Origin: Lentisphaeria bacterium
GTDB lineage: Bacteria > Verrucomicrobiota > Lentisphaeria > JABSQK01 > JAWLHB01
Reading direction: 5' to 3'
Length of the DNA: 64,000 nt
Assembly: GCA_041690595.1 (NCBI GenBank)
Contig: JAWLHB010000004.1
Location: forward strand, 124,001-188,000
Shown: in pieces, positions 59,764-64,000 of the stretch
Layout of the letters: each line of letters opens with the position of its first letter
How positions within the stretch are numbered: the first letter of the stretch is position 1
Position numbers and translations under genes: made by a program
Notes under the pieces: model-generated
What the model saw: the letters and a program-made list of their open reading frames with translations, nothing else
Database searches by the model: none
What the model was told of the DNA's origin: nothing

Positions 59764-60110
59764 CCACTGCACAGCTCTTTGCCATCGCCGGCGCGGGCAT
59801 TGTCGCGATTGGCTTCTATGCCCAGCTGGCGAGACACAACCTGATCCGGAAGATACTGGGGCTCAATCTGATGGGCAGTGGCGTCTTTCTCATTCTGGTC
59901 AGCCTGGCGGGGCGGGGTGAGACACCGGACAGTGTTCCCCAAGCCATGGTGCTGACGGGGTTGGTCGTCTCGGTAAGCGCCACCGCGCTGGCGCTGGCGC
60001 TGGTGCGCCGGCTGCACCGGGAGAGCGGACGATTGGACTGGGTAATGCCCACGCCGCCGCCACCGGAGTTGATGTCGGAGGATGAGGAGAGCGATGACGA
60101 CAGCCATTGA
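59760..60110 (+). CDS. mrpC: Mrp antiporter subunit C
   Basis: NLIRKILGLNLMG, DSVPQAMVLTGLVV. Confidence 0.92.
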   Translation: MTTAQLFAIAGAGIVAIGFYAQLARHNLIRKILGLNLMGSGVFLILVSLAGRGETPDSVPQAMVLTGLVVSVSATALALALVRRLHRESGRLDWVMPTPPPPELMSEDEESDDDSH

Positions 60111-61575
60111 TGTCTGGATCCTCGCCGGCCTGGTGATCCTGCCGTTGGCCGGAGCCTGCATGGTTTATGCGCTGCCGCGCCTGAACCCCGGACTGGGGCT
60201 GATCACGGTGGTGGCGCTGGCCTGTCTTTCCGCCTTGCTCGTCATCCGCGTAGCCATAGTGGGGCCATATCGCCATGCCGTGGGCAGTTGGGGCGCACCC
60301 TTGGGGATCGACCTGCACGCGGACGGCCTCAGTGCGGTCATGATCGGGATGACCGGCGTCGTCGGCTTGATCATCAGCATCTATGCGGTGGCCTATCTGC
60401 GGCATACGCCGCGGCGCGCGCAGGAGTTCTTCTGGCCGCTGTGGCTTTTCCTCTGGGGGTCGCTCAATGCCTTGTTCCTGTCGGGAGATATCTTCAACAT
60501 GTACGTGGCTCTGGAGCTGATCGGGTTGGGGGCCGTGGCGCTGGCGGCGCTCGGAGGCTCGCGGGAAGCTCTGGTGGCGGCGATTCGTTACCTGCTCATT
60601 GCTCTGGCGGCCTCGCTGATCTACCTCCTGGGGGTGGCTCTCACCTACAGCAGGCATGGCACTGTCGACTGGCTCTTGCTCAGCGACATCACGGGGAGTG
60701 ATCCCGTAACGCGGATAGCCCTGGCGTTGCTCATGGGAGGCCTGCTGGTAAAGTCGGCGATCTGGCCGCTGCACGTCTGGCTGCCGCCGGCGCATGCCAA
60801 TGCACCAGCGCCGGTGAGCGCGGCCCTTTCGGCGCTGGTGGTGAAGGCGGGCATCTACATCATGCTGCGGCTCTGGTTCTGGGCCTTTGCCGGCGTCACC
60901 ACCGTGGAGTTGGGAACGGTTCTGGCGGTTCTGGGCACGGCGGCGATTCTGTGGGGGTCGCTGATGGCACTTCGGCAGGCGCGGCTCAAGTTGCTGGTGG
61001 CCTACTCCACCGTCGCGCAATTGGGCTATATCATGCTGGCTTTTGCCTTGACGGTCGGTCCCCCGGCGTCGCGACTGGCATGGGAGGGGGGCGTCTATTT
61101 CATTGTCGCCCATGCTTGTGCCAAGGCGGCGATGTTTCTCGCGGCGGGCACCATTCTCTATAGCGTGGGGCACGACCGCATTCGCGATCTCGCGGGCATC
61201 GGTCAGCGCCTGCCGATGACCTTCTTCGCGTTTGCGCTGGGGGGCGTGAGCATCATGGGGCTGCCGCCCAGCGGCGGTTTCGTGGCCAAGTGGCTTCTGC
61301 TGAATGCGGCGCTGACGAGCGGCCAGTGGTGGTGGATGGTCGTATTGGTCGTGGGGGGACTGCTATCGGCCGCCTACCTCTTCCGCTTCGGGAATCGGGC
61401 AATGCTGCGGCCAAAGGCTGATCTTCGCACCAAGCCGGTGCCCCGCCTGATGGAGTACAGCGCTCTCGCGCTTGCCTGCCTCGCCCTCCTCCTCGGTATC
61501 TTCGCCGATCAGACGCTGGATCTGATCGATCGGGTGCGGCCGGTGACTATTACCCTGTGGGAGATAGCGCGATGA
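60094..61575 (+). CDS. mrpD: Mrp antiporter subunit D (first copy)
   Basis: GDIFNMYVALE, KSAIWPLHVWLPPAH, SAALSALVVK, AYSTVAQLGY, GLPPSGGFVAK. Confidence 0.9.
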   Translation: MTTAIDVWILAGLVILPLAGACMVYALPRLNPGLGLITVVALACLSALLVIRVAIVGPYRHAVGSWGAPLGIDLHADGLSAVMIGMTGVVGLIISIYAVAYLRHTPRRAQEFFWPLWLFLWGSLNALFLSGDIFNMYVALELIGLGAVALAALGGSREALVAAIRYLLIALAASLIYLLGVALTYSRHGTVDWLLLSDITGSDPVTRIALALLMGGLLVKSAIWPLHVWLPPAHANAPAPVSAALSALVVKAGIYIMLRLWFWAFAGVTTVELGTVLAVLGTAAILWGSLMALRQARLKLLVAYSTVAQLGYIMLAFALTVGPPASRLAWEGGVYFIVAHACAKAAMFLAAGTILYSVGHDRIRDLAGIGQRLPMTFFAFALGGVSIMGLPPSGGFVAKWLLLNAALTSGQWWWMVVLVVGGLLSAAYLFRFGNRAMLRPKADLRTKPVPRLMEYSALALACLALLLGIFADQTLDLIDRVRPVTITLWEIAR

Positions 61576-63071
61576 CAACATTCCTTCATTGGCTGCCGTT
61601 ACTGGTCGTTGCCAGCAGCTTTCTGCCCGGCATCTTCATCTTCTTCCTGCGTGAGGAGAGTCGAGTCGCGCGGACGGTTCTGAATCTGGTGGGCGCGGGA
61701 GTCAAGATCGTGCTGGTGGGTGTCTTGCTCTGGTCGGTGGCAAACGCGCGCGAGCATCGCATCCGGCTGCCCCTTTTCCGGGACCTGGATCTGGTGCTTC
61801 GCGCCGATGCGCTGGCGCTGCTCTTCGTTTCTCTGAGCGCGGTGCTCTGGCTGGTGACGACGATCTATGCCATCGGCTATCTGGAGAAGTCCCCGAACAG
61901 CAGCCGCTTCTTCGGCTTTTTCAGCATCTGCGTCAGTGCCACTACCGGCATCGCGCTTTCCGGCGACCTGCTGACTTTCCTGATCTTCTACGAAATGCTG
62001 ACCTTGAGCACCTATCCGCTGGTTGTGCATCGCGGCAACATGGCAGCCATCAAAGCCGGGCGAAAATACCTGTGCTACACGGTTACGGGGGGAGCGGTGC
62101 TTCTGGTGGCCGTCGTTTGGTTGCGTTCCCTGGCCGGGCCGATCGAATTCACGCAGGGCGGCTTTGTCAGGATCTTCGACGCTCTCCACCGGCCGCAGCT
62201 TATCGTCATCTTCTGGTTGATGATCGGGGGACTTGGCGTCAAGGCGGCGCTGGTGCCGTTGCATGGCTGGCTGCCATCCGCGATGGTGGCGCCAGCACCG
62301 GTGAGCGCGCTCCTGCACGCGGTCGCGGTAGTGAAGGCTGGAGCGTTTGGCATCATCCGGGTGATCTACGATGTTTACGGCGTCGAGTACGCGTCAACGC
62401 TGGGCGTGCTGCCGCTGCTGGCCGCTGTCGCGGCCTTTACCATACTCTATGGATCGGCGCGAGCGCTCTATCAGGACGACCTGAAGCGACGGCTGGCTTT
62501 CTCGACAGTCAGCCAGGTCTCCTATATTGTTCTGGGGGCGGCGATTTTCGGCCCGCTGGCGACTGCCGGCGGCATTGTCCACCTGGTGCATCAGGGGTTG
62601 ATGAAGATCACGCTCTTTTTCTGCGCCGGCAATTTCGCGGAAGGAACGGGCGTTCACAAGATCAGTGAGATGAACGGCATCGGCCGACGGATGCCCTTGA
62701 CGACGCTGGCCTTCACGGTTGGGGCATTCGGCATGATCGGCGTGCCGCCGGTTGCAGGCTTCGTGAGCAAGTGGTATCTGGGCATGGGTGCAATCCAGGC
62801 CGGGCAATGGTGGGTGGTGTGGGTGCTGCTGGCCAGCTCGGCGCTAAATGCAGGCTATTTTCTGCCGATTCTGTATCGGGCATGGTTTCTGGAGCCCGCC
62901 GGGTCCTGGCCCCACGATGTGCCCCATCCGCGCTGGGAAATCCGGATGACGTTGCTGGCGCCGGTGCTCATCACCGCGCTCCTCTCCCTGTGGGCGGGAA
63001 TCGGGGCCAACTTTCCGCTGAGTCCATTGCGGTGGGTTACGATCATCGTTACCAGGGAGTACCAGCCATGA
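61572..63071 (+). CDS. MrpD-family antiporter subunit (second copy)
   Basis: FYEMLT, KAALVPLHGWLPSAMVAPAPVSALLHAVAVVK, AFSTVSQ, GVPPVAGFVSK. Confidence 0.9.
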   Translation: MTTFLHWLPLLVVASSFLPGIFIFFLREESRVARTVLNLVGAGVKIVLVGVLLWSVANAREHRIRLPLFRDLDLVLRADALALLFVSLSAVLWLVTTIYAIGYLEKSPNSSRFFGFFSICVSATTGIALSGDLLTFLIFYEMLTLSTYPLVVHRGNMAAIKAGRKYLCYTVTGGAVLLVAVVWLRSLAGPIEFTQGGFVRIFDALHRPQLIVIFWLMIGGLGVKAALVPLHGWLPSAMVAPAPVSALLHAVAVVKAGAFGIIRVIYDVYGVEYASTLGVLPLLAAVAAFTILYGSARALYQDDLKRRLAFSTVSQVSYIVLGAAIFGPLATAGGIVHLVHQGLMKITLFFCAGNFAEGTGVHKISEMNGIGRRMPLTTLAFTVGAFGMIGVPPVAGFVSKWYLGMGAIQAGQWWVVWVLLASSALNAGYFLPILYRAWFLEPAGSWPHDVPHPRWEIRMTLLAPVLITALLSLWAGIGANFPLSPLRWVTIIVTREYQP

Positions 63072-64000
63072 CCGTACTGCTTGTTGGAATGGCCGTATTT
63101 GTGCCGTTGCTGCTGGCCATTGGGCTCTACTGGCCTCGCCGGACGAGTGGCATGGTCATGCGGCTTGCGCCGTGGGCGGCGTTGCCGGCACTGGTGCTGG
63201 CGATCGGCGGTGAAACGCCGATTTACACGATTGACTGGCTGCTGCTGGGAAGCAGTTGGGGCGTGGATCACACCGGCCGCATCTTTCTGGCGCTGACCGG
63301 GATGCTCTGGCTGATGAGCGGCATTTTCGCGGGCGGCTACATGGCCGACGATCCCAGGCGGCGGCGCTTTTTTCTCTCCTATCTGCTGGCCATGAGCGGC
63401 AATGTCGGGTTGATCCTGGCCCATGACATCGCCGGTTTCCTGAGCTTTTTCGCACTGATGAGCTTCGCCTCCTATGGCCTGGTGATCCATCAGGAGCGGT
63501 CGGAAGACTGGCGGGCGGGCCGGATCTATCTGGTTCTGGTGGTGATAGGTGAACTGCTGCTGGTTTCCGGCGCCCTTGTGGCCATAAGCCTGACCGAATC
63601 GGTCAGCTTTCCGGCGATTCGCGCCGGTCTGGCGGGCAGCCCGGCAGGCATTCTCGCAGCATGGCTGCTGCTACTGGGTTTCGGGGTGAAGCTGGGCCTG
63701 GTGCCGCTGCATGTCTGGCTTCCCCTGGCGCATCCGGCGGCGCCGACGCCCGCGAGCGCCGTCCTGAGCGGAGCCATGATCAAGGGAGGTCTGATCGGCA
63801 TGTTGCGTGTGCTGCCCTTCGGCGACGTGGCGCTGCCCATGGGCGAGCCCCTGATGTGGCTGGGCGTGGGGACGGCCATGGGAGCTGCGCTCTACGGCAT
63901 TCCGCACACGCATCCGAAGACGATCCTGGCCTATTCGAGCGTCAGCCAGATGGGGCTTGTCTTCGTGCTGCTGGGTGCAGGCTTGAGTACACCGACCGCG
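63068..64000 (+). CDS. MrpD/NuoL-family antiporter-like subunit (third copy), truncated by window end
   Basis: Not in ORF track. ATGA overlap; MTVLLVG...MSFASYGLVIH...GFGVKLGLVPLHVWLPLAHPAAPTPASAVLSGAMIK...AYSSVSQMG. Confidence 0.88.
   Translation, partial: MTVLLVGMAVFVPLLLAIGLYWPRRTSGMVMRLAPWAALPALVLAIGGETPIYTIDWLLLGSSWGVDHTGRIFLALTGMLWLMSGIFAGGYMADDPRRRRFFLSYLLAMSGNVGLILAHDIAGFLSFFALMSFASYGLVIHQERSEDWRAGRIYLVLVVIGELLLVSGALVAISLTESVSFPAIRAGLAGSPAGILAAWLLLLGFGVKLGLVPLHVWLPLAHPAAPTPASAVLSGAMIKGGLIGMLRVLPFGDVALPMGEPLMWLGVGTAMGAALYGIPHTHPKTILAYSSVSQMGLVFVLLGAGLSTPTA

Noticed and set aside
1..64000. CRISPR arrays, IS elements, integrases, prophage or defence genes
   Set aside because: No regularly spaced repeats, transposase/integrase motifs or phage genes recognised by eye

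Overview
A GC-rich bacterial chromosomal window, most likely PVC superphylum (Lentisphaerota-like; inferred from prepilin/H-X9-DG genes inside GntR-led glycan loci). Contents in order: (1) minus-strand glycan-utilisation locus A (GntR/LacI regulator, prepilin/H-X9-DG gene, three large GH-like proteins, partial DUF2961/GH172 gene); (2) SASA esterase, Eis-like GNAT, sugar isomerase, leuDC, Fe-S flavoprotein and a large orphan; (3) a divergent RpoD-family sigma factor overlapping clpC; (4) glycan locus B (GntR fused to a solute-binding domain, secreted protein, 1467-aa multidomain GH-like protein, second prepilin/H-X9-DG gene) with a divergent lyase-like orphan; (5) an in-frame RdgB-HemL fusion, a GH32-like propeller gene, a structured intergenic element, and a tandem-wHTH regulator with a 28-bp palindromic operator; (6) a pseudaminic acid cluster pseBCFGH-formyltransferase-deacetylase-pseI-orphan-GT4; (7) housekeeping genes: RDD, rbgA, tag, RNB nuclease, ebfC, dnaX, SRP RNA, accD, comF; (8) an Mrp antiporter operon E-F-G-DUF4040-B-C-D-D-D running off the right edge. 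I saw no CRISPR array, tRNA, rRNA or transposase. All calls come from motif recognition by eye; no searches were run.
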